Shown here: positions 1 to 9,819 of the stretch, piece after piece
How positions within the stretch are numbered: the first letter of the stretch is position 1
How the letters are laid out: every line of letters begins with the position of its first letter
Assembly (NCBI GenBank): GCA_050298055.1
Contig: JBNKTL010000025.1
Span: 1 to 64,000 of the forward strand
Source of the DNA: Spirochaetota bacterium
Lineage (GTDB): Bacteria > Spirochaetota > UBA4802 > UBA5550
Length of the DNA stretch: 64,000 bases
Direction: 5' to 3'
Position numbers and translations under genes: made by a program
Notes under the pieces: model-generated
Seen by the model: the letters and a program-made list of their open reading frames with translations, nothing else
What the model was told of the DNA's origin: nothing
Databases searched by the model: none

Positions 1-97
1 AATATTTTAATTGATTACTTTTTAATTGACTGATAATATTATTAAACAGATTATCATTCCTTCCAGTGATAAGAAGAATCTACCCGGAGGTATTTAA

Positions 98-2107
98 GTG
101 TTTGAGAATCTTTTCAGCCCTATCAAAATCAACAAAACAGAGATAAAGAACAGGATCGTTTATCCCTCTCTTGCCCTGCTCTATTCATATGACAGGACCA
201 TTAATGACAGGTATATAAACTTCTACCGGGAGAGGGCGAAGGGAGGCGCGGGAATTGTCACAGTGGGGCCCGTTGGCATCGATGATCTCGGATCCGGGCT
301 TATCGCCCCGTCTATCTACAATGATGAGGCCTTTCCGAAGTTCAAAGAGCTGTCCGGGCGGATAAAGGAGAACGGTGCCCGGGCATGGGTACAGCTTTAT
401 CACGCGGGGGCATATTCCCACTCATTTGTTATCGGAAACAAGCAGGCCATCGCCCCCTCGGCTGTAAAGAGTAACTATACAAAAGAGGTCCCCCGGGAGA
501 TGACACGGGAGGACATTAAAGCAGTCCAGGAGGCTTTTGCCGATGCGGCCTTAAGAGTAAAAGAGACAGGCTTTGACGGCGTTGAGATCCTTGGTTCAGC
601 GGGATATCTTATTACCCAGTTTCTTTCACCTCTGACAAACAAGAGAACAGATGAATATGGTGGAAGCTTTGAAAACAGGGTGAGGTTCGCCCGTGAAACA
701 ATCGAAGCCGTGAGGAAAAGTGTGGGAGATGATTTTCCTGTGACTATCAGGATGGCGGGAAATGACTTTGTTCCGGGAAGCAATACCGACAGGGAGACAC
801 CGGAATTTGCATGTGTCTATGAGTTGGCCGGTGTGGATGCGATTAATGTCACCGGGGGATGGCATGAGTCCCGGGTCCCGCAGCTTCCCATGGAGCTTCC
901 CCGGGGAGGTTTCAGCTACCTGGCGGGAAATATCAGGAAAGCCGTATCCATACCTGTGATGGCGTCAAACAGGATCACCAATCCCTTCCTGGCCGAACAG
1001 ATAATAAATGACGGGATCGCGGACATGGTCTGTCTCGGACGAGTGCTTCTGGCGGACCCGGAATGGCCAAAAAAGGCATTTGAAGGGAGAGTTGATGAGA
1101 TAAGGCCCTGTATCGCCTGTTCCCAGGGATGTACCGACCAGATCTTCAGCGGAAAACCTGTTTTCTGCCTGGCCAATCCCCGGACAGGTTTCGAGGGAGA
1201 GAGAAATATTACCCCGACATCTTCTCCGAAAAATGTCATGGTTATCGGGGGAGGTCCTGCGGGCCTGGAAGCTGCAGTTACGGCGTCATCGGCGGGTCAT
1301 CATGTGTCCCTGTATGAGAAGAGTGATATCCTGGGCGGACAACTCAACATTGCGGGTATTCCGCCGGGGAAGGGAGAGCTCTGGGAACTGATAAGGTATT
1401 ACGAGGAGATGCTTATAAAGAACAATGTGGATGTCAATCTGGGTGAAGAAGTCAACCTGGAGTTGATAAAATCAATAAATCCGGATTACATCATATCCGC
1501 CGAGGGAGCTGAAATCGTTGTTCCCCCCATTGAAGGAATAGAGAGTGAATCTGTACTCTCTGCCTGGGATATCCTCATGGATGACCCTCCCCTGGGTGAC
1601 AGAATAGCAATTATCGGGGGAGGCGCCGTGGGACTTGAGACAGCGGAGTTCCTCTCGCATAAGGGAACCATTACACCGGAGGTCCTCTACTTCCTGTTCA
1701 AGTACAATGCGGAAAGTCCTGAGAGGCTTAAGGAACTGATGACAAAGGGAACAAAGGATATAACGGTATTTGAACTGTTGCCGAAAGTGGGCAAGGGTGT
1801 GGGAAAATCTACCAAATGGGTCCTTCTTGATAATATTGAAAGAATGGGAATAAAAACTCTTACAGACGCGGAGATAAAATCCGTTTCAGGAAAGAGCCTG
1901 ACATATGTCAAAGACGATAATGAATATACGGAAGAGTTTGACAGTATTATTAATGCGGCCGGTTCACGGTCTGTGAGAAAGATAACCGACAGTCTTGAAG
2001 AGACCGGAATACCCTATGCTGTTGCCGGGGACTGTGTACGTCCCGCACAGGCAAATGATGCTATTCATGAAGGCTTTCTGGCGGCACTTAAAATTGATTC
2101 TGCATAA
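98..2107 (+). CDS. fadH: NADH:flavin oxidoreductase / 2,4-dienoyl-CoA reductase (FadH-like, OYE family)
   Basis: OYE TIM-barrel motifs (LFSPIKI, QLYHAG, GFDGVEI..GYLITQFLSPLTNKRTDEYGGSFENR), 4Fe-4S motif CIACSQGC..C, two Rossmann GxGxxG motifs; GTG start after GGAGG. Confidence 0.8.
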   Translation: MFENLFSPIKINKTEIKNRIVYPSLALLYSYDRTINDRYINFYRERAKGGAGIVTVGPVGIDDLGSGLIAPSIYNDEAFPKFKELSGRIKENGARAWVQLYHAGAYSHSFVIGNKQAIAPSAVKSNYTKEVPREMTREDIKAVQEAFADAALRVKETGFDGVEILGSAGYLITQFLSPLTNKRTDEYGGSFENRVRFARETIEAVRKSVGDDFPVTIRMAGNDFVPGSNTDRETPEFACVYELAGVDAINVTGGWHESRVPQLPMELPRGGFSYLAGNIRKAVSIPVMASNRITNPFLAEQIINDGIADMVCLGRVLLADPEWPKKAFEGRVDEIRPCIACSQGCTDQIFSGKPVFCLANPRTGFEGERNITPTSSPKNVMVIGGGPAGLEAAVTASSAGHHVSLYEKSDILGGQLNIAGIPPGKGELWELIRYYEEMLIKNNVDVNLGEEVNLELIKSINPDYIISAEGAEIVVPPIEGIESESVLSAWDILMDDPPLGDRIAIIGGGAVGLETAEFLSHKGTITPEVLYFLFKYNAESPERLKELMTKGTKDITVFELLPKVGKGVGKSTKWVLLDNIERMGIKTLTDAEIKSVSGKSLTYVKDDNEYTEEFDSIINAAGSRSVRKITDSLEETGIPYAVAGDCVRPAQANDAIHEGFLAALKIDSA

Positions 2108-2114
2108 TTAATTG

Positions 2115-2208
2115 GTATATTTATTGAGGCTGTGGTAAAAATAATGTATTGATAAGAAATATCAACAATATGTCCCCGCCGCCTGGGCGGCGGGGACATA
2201 TCAGTTAT
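2115..2208 (+). mobile_element. MITE-like repeat copy 1 (degenerate ends)
   Basis: Contains AAATATCAACAATATGTCCCCGCCGCC-TG-GGCGGCGGGGACATATCAGTTAT, shared with the copies at 9.7, 13.2, 26.8 and 48.4 kb. Confidence 0.7.
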
Positions 2209-2244
2209 GTTTGATATTTACTTTTAAACAAAAAAGAAAGTGAA

Positions 2245-4077
2245 ATGAAAAAATCCAATATACTCATTGTTGAAGATGAAACAATAATTGCCCTGGATAT
2301 TAAAAATATGCTTTTAAAGATGGGGCACAGGGTCATATCCATTGTTTCGTCGGGGGCAAAGTGCCTGGATGCAATTTCCATCGAAAAACCGCATCTCATT
2401 ATAATGGATATTGTCATACAGGGTGATATTGATGGAATTGAAACCGCGGAACAGATCCGGAAAGAGTACGATATTCCCATAATTTTTCTTTCAGCCCACT
2501 CCGATTATACGACCCTGGACAGGGTGACTGCCATTGAACATTACGGCTATGTACTCAAACCGGTCAGTGAAAAGGAACTGATGACTTCCATTGAGACCTC
2601 CCTCTTCAGGCATGAAATTGACCAGCGCTTGAAGAAGAGCGAGATGAAGTTTCGGATACTTTTTGAACAGTCCCGGGACGCCAGTTTTGTATCGGATAAC
2701 GAGGGCAACTTTGTAAATATAAACCGGTCCATGCGTAATCTTTTCGGATATAGTAAAAAGGAATTCTTAAAAAAGAACTTATTCAAACTTTTTTCCAGCA
2801 AAAGTGATGCGGGAGTTTTCAAAAAAATTCTGGATGAGAACGGGTATATCACCAGGTTTGAAACAAATCTCACGAAAAAAGACAGGAATAAAATCATCTG
2901 TCTTATAAACTCAAACAGGATATTTGATGACTGGAACAACCAGACCGGTATCCAGGGTATTATCAGGGACATAACCGAGATCAAAGGCATGGAAAAGGAG
3001 AGGGAACTGCTTCTTCACAACCTCAGTGTGAGGATAAAAGAGCTTAACTGTCTTTTTTCACTCTCAAATCTTGTTGAGAAACCGGGTGTTCAGTTTGATG
3101 AGATACTGCATGTAATGGTTGAGGTTATGAGGATATCATGGCAGTATCCGGACATTTCCTGTTCCCGGATAATCTATAATGAGAGAGAATACAGGTCGAA
3201 GAATTTTAAGATAACAAAATGGAGACAGACAGCGGATATTTTTGTTGATAATGAAAAACTCGGTATTGTTGAAGTTTATTATACAAAGAAGATGCCTGAT
3301 ATTTATGAAGGCCCGTTTATGGAAGAGGAACGGGCGCTTATTGACGCGGTTGCGTCACGGCTCGGGAGATATGTTGAAAGAGAGAATGCCTACGACAACC
3401 TGAAAAAATCACATTTTGAGTTGAGAAACCTCTCTGCCCACCTCCAGTCGGTAAGGGAGGAAGAGAGGACAAGAATTTCCCGGGAGATACACGATGAGCT
3501 TGGCCAGTCTCTTACCGCGCTCAAGATGGACCTTTCCTGGATCGAAAAAAAGATCTATGATAAAGATGAAGACCTTCAGCAGAAGTCGCTTTCCATGCTT
3601 GAACTGGTTGACAGCACCATAGATACCGTCAGGCGGATATCAAGTGACCTGAGACCGGGAATCCTTGATGACCTGGGGCTCTTTGCCGCTATTGAATGGC
3701 AGGTCGGTGAAATTGAAAAAAGAAGCAACATCAAGATAAACTGTGACATTCCTCCTGAATATGAGGAAGTTATCAGTAATGAAGATCACAAGATCTCCCT
3801 TTTCAGAATTTTCCAGGAAGCCATGACGAATATTTTAAGGCATTCAAAGGCAACAAAGGCAGATGTATCGATAAAAAAAGTGAATAATATAATTAATTTT
3901 TTAATTTCAGATAATGGGATCGGAATAACCGATGACCAGATCAACTACACAAGATCGTGCGGAATCATCGGGATGAGAGAGAGGGTCAACTACTGCGGCG
4001 GTACTCTTGACATCTCAGGAGAAAATAACAGGGGTACAACTATCAGAATATCGATCCCTGTTGAGAAAAGTAATTGA
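2245..4077 (+). CDS. Hybrid sensor histidine kinase (REC-PAS-HisKA_3-HATPase)
   Basis: N-terminal REC (ILIVEDE..IIMDI..KP), PAS, ERTRISREIHDELGQSLTALKMD H-box, FRIFQEAMTNILRHS N-box, DNGIG. Confidence 0.92.
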   Translation: MKKSNILIVEDETIIALDIKNMLLKMGHRVISIVSSGAKCLDAISIEKPHLIIMDIVIQGDIDGIETAEQIRKEYDIPIIFLSAHSDYTTLDRVTAIEHYGYVLKPVSEKELMTSIETSLFRHEIDQRLKKSEMKFRILFEQSRDASFVSDNEGNFVNINRSMRNLFGYSKKEFLKKNLFKLFSSKSDAGVFKKILDENGYITRFETNLTKKDRNKIICLINSNRIFDDWNNQTGIQGIIRDITEIKGMEKERELLLHNLSVRIKELNCLFSLSNLVEKPGVQFDEILHVMVEVMRISWQYPDISCSRIIYNEREYRSKNFKITKWRQTADIFVDNEKLGIVEVYYTKKMPDIYEGPFMEEERALIDAVASRLGRYVERENAYDNLKKSHFELRNLSAHLQSVREEERTRISREIHDELGQSLTALKMDLSWIEKKIYDKDEDLQQKSLSMLELVDSTIDTVRRISSDLRPGILDDLGLFAAIEWQVGEIEKRSNIKINCDIPPEYEEVISNEDHKISLFRIFQEAMTNILRHSKATKADVSIKKVNNIINFLISDNGIGITDDQINYTRSCGIIGMRERVNYCGGTLDISGENNRGTTIRISIPVEKSN

Positions 4078-4162
4078 TTTATTCTTTAACGTATGTTTTA
4101 TTTGTTATAAGGGATCGGTGCAAATAGATCAATTTAAATATCCCCCTCTTAAACAAACAGGT

Positions 4163-4801
4163 ATGCCGGTATTTAAGGTAATTATTGCAGATGATCATTC
4201 AATTGTCAGGGCCGGATTGAAGCAGATTCTCTCTGAGTCCCATGAAAATGCACTTATTGATGAGGCAATTGACGGGCAGGATCTGCTCATGAAGATAAAC
4301 AAAAAAAATTATGATATCATTCTCCTTGATATCTCAATGCCGGGAAGAAGCGGACTGGAAATATTGAAGCAGATTAAGATTGAAAAACCTTCCATCCCGG
4401 TACTGGTCCTCAGTATGCACTCTGAAGACCAGTATGCCATAAGGACACTTAAAGCAGGCGCTTCCGGGTATCTTACCAAGGATGCGGCATCTGAAAAACT
4501 GATTGAGGCAATTGCCAAAGTGAGAGAAGGGGGCAAGTACATCAGCCCTTCACTGGCGGAAAAACTTGCAGACAGTTTTACCGGCGATGTAAGAAAACTT
4601 CCCCACGAACTTCTTTCTGACAGGGAATACCAGGTTTTCTGTAAAATTGCCTCGGGAAAATCTGTTTCGGATATTGCAAAAGAGATGTTTCTCAATGTTA
4701 AAACCATCAGTACCTACAGAAGAAGGATCCTGGACAAGATGAGTTTAAAAAATAATTCCGAACTTACCAACTATGCTCTGAAAAACAAAATCCTCGATTA
4801 A
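4163..4801 (+). CDS. NarL/LuxR-family response regulator (UvrY/GacA-like)
   Basis: VIIADDHSIVRAGLKQIL, LLDISMPG, LSDREYQVF..KTISTYRRRILDKM HTH; start moved to ATG 4163 because the longer ORF overlaps the kinase and adds no domain. Confidence 0.92.
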   Translation: MPVFKVIIADDHSIVRAGLKQILSESHENALIDEAIDGQDLLMKINKKNYDIILLDISMPGRSGLEILKQIKIEKPSIPVLVLSMHSEDQYAIRTLKAGASGYLTKDAASEKLIEAIAKVREGGKYISPSLAEKLADSFTGDVRKLPHELLSDREYQVFCKIASGKSVSDIAKEMFLNVKTISTYRRRILDKMSLKNNSELTNYALKNKILD

Positions 4802-4845
4802 GACCTTCTGATTTAAGACCTTCGGATTGTGGTTCAATCCTTGAT

Positions 4846-4932
4846 TGTAGGAAATATCCTACATGTGCGTATCTCTTTTTCTTACAAATAAAAAATCATA
4901 ATGCCTACATAAAAATCAGAGTCTTTCTGATA
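4846..4932. promoter_or_regulatory. Phased NarL-type regulator binding boxes
   Basis: Palindrome TGTAGG-aaatat-CCTACA at 4846-4863; further half-sites CTTACA and CCTACA end at 4886 and 4909 (23-bp period); weaker ATCAGA..CTGATA ends at 4932. Confidence 0.55.
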
Positions 4933-5045
4933 TTATTCCTTCCCTGCTGTGATAAATTATCAACAGAGATATGTTATGTCGTATAAGAGACATAATAGAT
5001 CTTGATGAGGTGCAGGTAGAAAAATTCAGGCAATCAGAATTACAA

Positions 5046-5429
5046 ATGCAAAAAGAAATATTCAATAATCTCAAGGTATATGTTGTTGAAGATTCTGCCA
5101 TAATAAGAGGAAGGATCCTTTCTTTGCTCGGGAAGATCGACGGAATAGATATTGTCGGATTGTCCGGAGAGTTCCAGGAATCTAATGAAGAGATAAAGAA
5201 GCTGAAACCGGATATTCTCATCCTGGATATAAGGATTATCGGTGGAAACGGGATTGAGCTGCTTGATGATATTAAGGATCTTGTCCCTTATATGTCCGTT
5301 ATTGTATTTACCAACTATCAGTACCCGCAATACAGGAAGAAGTGCATGGATCTCGGCGCCAAGTATTTCCTTGACAAATCAAAGGATTTTGATAAGATAA
5401 GCAGGATTGTGAGTCAGATGGTTTCCTGA
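5046..5429 (+). CDS. Single-domain response regulator (REC)
   Basis: VYVVEDS, ILILDIRI, IVFTNY, FLDKS; start could be 4971. Confidence 0.85.
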   Translation: MQKEIFNNLKVYVVEDSAIIRGRILSLLGKIDGIDIVGLSGEFQESNEEIKKLKPDILILDIRIIGGNGIELLDDIKDLVPYMSVIVFTNYQYPQYRKKCMDLGAKYFLDKSKDFDKISRIVSQMVS

Positions 5430-5447
5430 GTATAAGAGTCATACTCC

Positions 5448-6353
5448 GTGAGTACACTTGATATCATAAAGACTGTTCATAAAGCAATAGTTGAAGTTAA
5501 CAGCAATAACTCAATTAACTCCATTCCTCATTCTGACGAATTAATAAAATTTATCTCATCATCTGAGGGTATTTCAAAAGAACAGATTGTGAGTATAATA
5601 GAAATTCTCAAAAAATCAAACATGGTTCTTTCTTTTGAAATTTTAAAAGAGGACCAGAACCGGGGTTTTGACAGTATATACGGGTACGTTGATGCGGACC
5701 TTAAAACCATACAGAGGCTGAAAACGATATTTCAATATGCCCTTGTTGAAATCTACAAAAAAGAGAAGGGAATTTCTACAGGTGCATATCAGATCATAAA
5801 GGAGATATTTCCCCGGCTTAACCAGATAAAGGGATCACAGTTCGGCAATATCGCTAATAAAGCAATTATGCTGGATGAATTTGAAAAACTCATTGAAAAA
5901 CACTATAATGAGTATACCGATACCTGGAAGAAAAATCTCCTTGAGAAGAATATTAAGGATTCATCTGTCAGGATAGAAACTCCCGGGGGGAAAACTGCTG
6001 AAATAAAAGATAAACCGGCCGGGAAAGGTAATACGGCAAGACGAGCAGTTGATACAAAAGAGTATAATGATTTTACCGATGCAAGCAGGAAGTACTCTCT
6101 GAACAAAGTGCTTAATATATATGGTGTTAACTTTTTTTTTCGTGTTCATCTGAGAAAATATGAATTTGAAATTGTGAAAAATGTAATTGAGAAAAGGATT
6201 ATTAACAATAAAAGCGACCTTCTACAATTAAAAAATATGCTGGAAAAGCTTAAGAGTAATTTTCAGAAGGATAAAAAACTCGAATCATACTCTCATGAAA
6301 TACGGGATCTTGAAAGAACAGTAAAAAGGGCGCTGCATTTTAAGAGGAGATAA
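5448..6353 (+). CDS. Hypothetical protein
   Basis: 301-aa ORF co-oriented 18 bp after the REC gene; no recognisable motif. Confidence 0.75.
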   Translation: MSTLDIIKTVHKAIVEVNSNNSINSIPHSDELIKFISSSEGISKEQIVSIIEILKKSNMVLSFEILKEDQNRGFDSIYGYVDADLKTIQRLKTIFQYALVEIYKKEKGISTGAYQIIKEIFPRLNQIKGSQFGNIANKAIMLDEFEKLIEKHYNEYTDTWKKNLLEKNIKDSSVRIETPGGKTAEIKDKPAGKGNTARRAVDTKEYNDFTDASRKYSLNKVLNIYGVNFFFRVHLRKYEFEIVKNVIEKRIINNKSDLLQLKNMLEKLKSNFQKDKKLESYSHEIRDLERTVKRALHFKRR

Positions 6354-6363
6354 GCTGTGTAAT

Positions 6364-6454
6364 TGTAGGACAAAATAGTACAAAAAAATAATCTATTTCC
6401 TACATAAAAAGAATATTTTGTCTTATTGCAATTTTTTTCAATTTCGCTTATATA
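6364..6454 (+). promoter_or_regulatory. Regulator boxes plus sigma70-like promoter
   Basis: TGTAGG at 6364 and CCTACA ending 6404 (same 41-bp span as 4846-4886), then TTGCAA(6426)-17 bp-TATATA(6449). Confidence 0.5.
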
Positions 6455-6460
6455 TATCTT

Positions 6461-6682
6461 GTTAAAAAAAATTATTTTTTTGTATCTTTTAAATAGTTAA
6501 GATTACTAACTGGTCTAACGATAAAATAATTTAAAGGAAAACCATTATTGATTTAATTTAATTTGCCCTCTTACTCCCCCCCTTGCTTTTTTTCTCTTGC
6601 TTGCACACATCACTTAAAAGCAAGGGGGGTTTCCTCCAATATATAATGAAAACAAGCGTGGCTTCAAAGCCGCGTTTTTTTT
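6461..6682 (+). ncRNA. Candidate ~220-nt small RNA
   Basis: Lies between a predicted promoter and an intrinsic terminator; no convincing ORF; perfect 14-bp stem 6577-6590/6616-6629. Confidence 0.35.
6654..6682 (+). terminator. Rho-independent terminator
   Basis: AAGCGTGGCT-TCAA-AGCCGCGTTT hairpin whose 3' arm runs into a T8 tract. Confidence 0.7.
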
Positions 6683-6793
6683 GGTGTACTCTGTGGATGT
6701 GGATCCTCTCTATTATTTACTCTCTGAATAATGGAAAAAATACGATAGAGAATATATACTCTTTACTGAAATCTTTTTCGGAGTTGTATAAAT

Positions 6794-8986
6794 ATGAAAA
6801 AAATAATCCTTGTCCCTTTTTTAGTGATCATTTTCAGTACTGCTCACCTTTATGCTTATGTCAATAAGAGGTATACCTGGTGGAACATGAGGGTCAAGCG
6901 GCTTGAAGAGCTCCTGGTCAAAGTAAAGAACAGCAGGTTTGCGGACAACAGTGTAAAATCACTGATCAGGAATGATATTGAGACAGGAAGGGATTTTATA
7001 GCTTTTCACAACAGGAAAATTTACCGGAACCTGGAAAAGGTGATAGATCCCGGCTCCATGACTCAATCATCAATAAAAAAAGAGTTAATGAAAAGAATAT
7101 ATCCGGTGGTTGCTTTCCGTGAACTGGAAGAGCTGTTAAAAAGTGCCGGGAGTCCTGAAATCGTAAAAAATGTAAGAAAGAGTGTCCGGGATGAAATTGA
7201 AAAAATTATAAAAGAGCAGGCAGGTATTTCAGACAAGGACCTGGCGGATTTCATTGGGAATTATCTTGTTCAAAAAAGTGAATTGAAGATACTTTCACTG
7301 GAAATGGTCCTTTTCATGTATCTTCATAATGTTGAGATGAGAATTGATAAGATTGCAGAGACACTGGCAGGTACGGCCATGTTTAAGATAAAAAACAGAA
7401 GAGAGGGACAGGATCTTTCCGGATTTTATATGAGGACAACAGAGTGGGCCATTGATACCTGTTCAACAACAGAGGGCCGGGAATACAGGAGTGAAATAAA
7501 AGACGCACTGAAAGGATCACAAAGATGGCAGATTATTAATAAAAGGTTCAGAGAACTAATCGGGAAAAAGAGCGAAGGTCTTACTGCCCTCTCCGCATAC
7601 AGAAAAAGACCTGCCGATCTTGTTAAACAGATGAATAAAATCAACCGGGAACAGCAGCAAGTGAGTCTCTCAGTCTCACCACTCATGCTGAAAGAATACA
7701 GGAACTACCTGGAAAAAATTGCGGGATTACTGGAGAAAACGGCATCTGCAGGTGTTCATGCCTATCCCTATCTTGAAGGGAGAATGAGGGGTACATATGG
7801 CAGAATTCTGGATATCTACAGATACCTAACGTCTCTTCCGGGTATGAAAAAGGAGAAAACGAAAGAGGTCCCGGTTGAATTGCTGGGAAGGTATCGTATA
7901 GAAGTAAAAAGTTATAGTGAAGATTTAAAGAAAATAAAGAAGAGGATTGATAAAAACTACAGGTTGATTTCCGGAATGATACGCGCTTACAGGAAAAAAG
8001 TGAAACAACGGGGAAAGAGTATCAGGAAATATACCGCACAGCATGAACTTAACCTGATCATTACATTAATTGAGGATTACTCAATTGCATTTGGAAAATA
8101 TAACTATGAAACTGATCTTTTGAATGCGTATTCGGCAGAGTTTAACAGGGTGATAAAACAGTTAAAAAGTAAAGAACATAAACCGGATCCTGCGCGCTTT
8201 AATAAGAGTTTTTCCCTGTTAAAAAATATTCGGTTTAACAGCGAGAGACTTCAGAAGGAGAAGCTGAATAAAGAAATTATACAAAAAGAGGGCTTGCAGC
8301 TGGTTTCATCACTTTCATACCTGGTGAACTACTATAAACGGAAAGGTGCGGACATTAACTATTATCCCGCGTCCGGATATATCCTTCAGCTGAAAAACAG
8401 GTTTAAGAGAGCCGGCGGCATTAAGATCGGGAGCTGGACCATGACATCTGAAAATTACTCAGTCATCGACAGAAATGTATCCGCCCTTTTCAGGAGAATA
8501 ATCAGCCGGAATGCCTGGCTTGAAACCAAAAGTGAAAAGAATAACGGTGAAACAGGTTCTCTCTGTCCTGTAATGACCGGGGGTATGCAATTTACCCTGA
8601 ATATTCCCCGTGGATGGTTTGAAGAGAAATTAACAGAATCGGACAGGTCCAGGGGAATAGTAAAAAAGTTTATGAGCATGGATAAAAGGTCCAGCATAAA
8701 CCTGGCAAGGGTGCATTTTGAAAACAGGCAGAGTATGGATATCAAAAAAACCGGGGAGAAGTGGGCACGTGTAAAAGGTATGAAACCGGTAATGAAGAAA
8801 TGGGGAAAGAAAGAAAATCTGGACTACTACTGGATCCTTTCCCGGGATCGTTCAGGGGCTGTTAAAGAGATCTATACCCTGAAAAGAGACAATGATACAT
8901 TTATACTCTCAGGGCAGACAGATTCCGCCCGGTACAGGTTCTTCAGGGCGCGGCTGGAATCTGTTTTTAATTCAATAGTTTTCTGA
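6794..8986 (+). CDS. Large exported hypothetical protein
   Basis: N-terminal signal peptide MKKIILVPFLVIIFSTAHLYA; Lys-rich helical body; C-terminal alpha/beta domain (FTLNIPRGW..) reminiscent of PsbP-like folds. Confidence 0.75.
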   Translation: MKKIILVPFLVIIFSTAHLYAYVNKRYTWWNMRVKRLEELLVKVKNSRFADNSVKSLIRNDIETGRDFIAFHNRKIYRNLEKVIDPGSMTQSSIKKELMKRIYPVVAFRELEELLKSAGSPEIVKNVRKSVRDEIEKIIKEQAGISDKDLADFIGNYLVQKSELKILSLEMVLFMYLHNVEMRIDKIAETLAGTAMFKIKNRREGQDLSGFYMRTTEWAIDTCSTTEGREYRSEIKDALKGSQRWQIINKRFRELIGKKSEGLTALSAYRKRPADLVKQMNKINREQQQVSLSVSPLMLKEYRNYLEKIAGLLEKTASAGVHAYPYLEGRMRGTYGRILDIYRYLTSLPGMKKEKTKEVPVELLGRYRIEVKSYSEDLKKIKKRIDKNYRLISGMIRAYRKKVKQRGKSIRKYTAQHELNLIITLIEDYSIAFGKYNYETDLLNAYSAEFNRVIKQLKSKEHKPDPARFNKSFSLLKNIRFNSERLQKEKLNKEIIQKEGLQLVSSLSYLVNYYKRKGADINYYPASGYILQLKNRFKRAGGIKIGSWTMTSENYSVIDRNVSALFRRIISRNAWLETKSEKNNGETGSLCPVMTGGMQFTLNIPRGWFEEKLTESDRSRGIVKKFMSMDKRSSINLARVHFENRQSMDIKKTGEKWARVKGMKPVMKKWGKKENLDYYWILSRDRSGAVKEIYTLKRDNDTFILSGQTDSARYRFFRARLESVFNSIVF

Positions 8987-8992
8987 TATGAG

Positions 8993-9691
8993 TCAACTGT
9001 TTCTGAATTGGGGGAGTTCGCCCCAGTTTCCCCTTAGTGTCTCGTATTTCAGGTCTTCCTCAATCATTGTGAGGAACCTCTTCCTCGGAATGCTTTTCGC
9101 TCCAAGATTTTTCAGGTGTTCCGTATAAACCTGGCAGTCGATTATCCTGAAACCCAGCCCGGAAAGTTTTTTTGTAAGGGTGATAAAAGCTGCCTTGGAC
9201 GCGTTGCTGATATCCGCATACATTGATTCGCCGAAAAAGCACCGGCCCAGGGATATCCCGTAGAGGCCTCCCGCAAGTTTTTCCCCCTGCCATGCTTCCA
9301 CTGAGTGGGCATACCCCATTTCATGAAGCCGTGTATATCCCTCTACAATTTCACGGGTAATCCAGGTCCCTGCCTGTGAATTTCTCGGTTTTCTGCACCC
9401 GGTTATGACATCACCAAATGCCCTGTCATAACTGATTTCAAATATCTCCCTGTTAAGGACCTGCCTCATGCTCTTTGAGATCTTTAAATCACCGGGAAAG
9501 AGTACGAACCGCGGGTCCGGGGACCACCAGAGTATCGGCTCCTCCTCGGTATACCAGGGGAAAATTCCCTGCCTGTACGCGTTGAGGAGCCTTTCCGGTG
9601 AAAGGTCACCTCCAATTGCCACAATGCCGTTTTCATCAGAGTATTCTGCAGGAGGGAAAATCAGTGAATCATCAAGTAGGAATACTGGCAT
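8993..9691 (-). CDS. aat: Leucyl/phenylalanyl-tRNA--protein transferase
   Basis: GGDLSPERLLNAYRQGIFPW, WWSPDPR, AHSVEAW, GESM..NASKAA. Confidence 0.97.
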   Translation of the reverse strand: MPVFLLDDSLIFPPAEYSDENGIVAIGGDLSPERLLNAYRQGIFPWYTEEEPILWWSPDPRFVLFPGDLKISKSMRQVLNREIFEISYDRAFGDVITGCRKPRNSQAGTWITREIVEGYTRLHEMGYAHSVEAWQGEKLAGGLYGISLGRCFFGESMYADISNASKAAFITLTKKLSGLGFRIIDCQVYTEHLKNLGAKSIPRKRFLTMIEEDLKYETLRGNWGELPQFRNS

Positions 9692-9708
9692 TTTTTAATA
9701 GATAATTA

Positions 9709-9817
9709 GTAATTACTCAAATATTTGGTTTAAATATACATATTTTACTAATATATAAATGAGATGTCCCCGCCGCCGAAGGCGGCGGGGACATCTCAGT
9801 CATTTCTGAGAAGTTAA
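9709..9817 (+). mobile_element. MITE-like repeat copy 2
   Basis: Left end GTAATTACTCAA, central hairpin GAGATGTCCCCGCCGCC-GAA-GGCGGCGGGGACATCTC, right end CTGAGAAGTTAA; lies between clpA and aat. Confidence 0.75.
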
Positions 9818-9819
9818 AT

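Noticed and set aside
2168..2200. Palindromic ~33-bp repeat as a CRISPR repeat
   Set aside because: Copies are kilobases apart, share flanking sequence and have no spacers; no cas genes in the window
4007..4162. N-terminal extensions in the ORF track (also 15130-15183 and 31176-31310)
   Set aside because: They overlap neighbouring genes or precede better-supported starts and add no domain
4798..4827. 15-bp tandem duplication TTAAGACCTTC(T/G)GAT x2
   Set aside because: Only two units at a stop codon; most simply a local slippage duplication
6461..6682. Candidate sRNA as a CsrB/RsmY-type sponge
   Set aside because: Lacks repeated GGA loop motifs
6583..6867. 94-aa ORF from the track
   Set aside because: TTG start without RBS; runs through a terminator and overlaps the next gene
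9709..9817. GTAAC...GTTA-bounded hairpin elements as integron attC sites
   Set aside because: They lie between housekeeping genes in both orientations, one has an 8-bp target duplication, and no integrase is present
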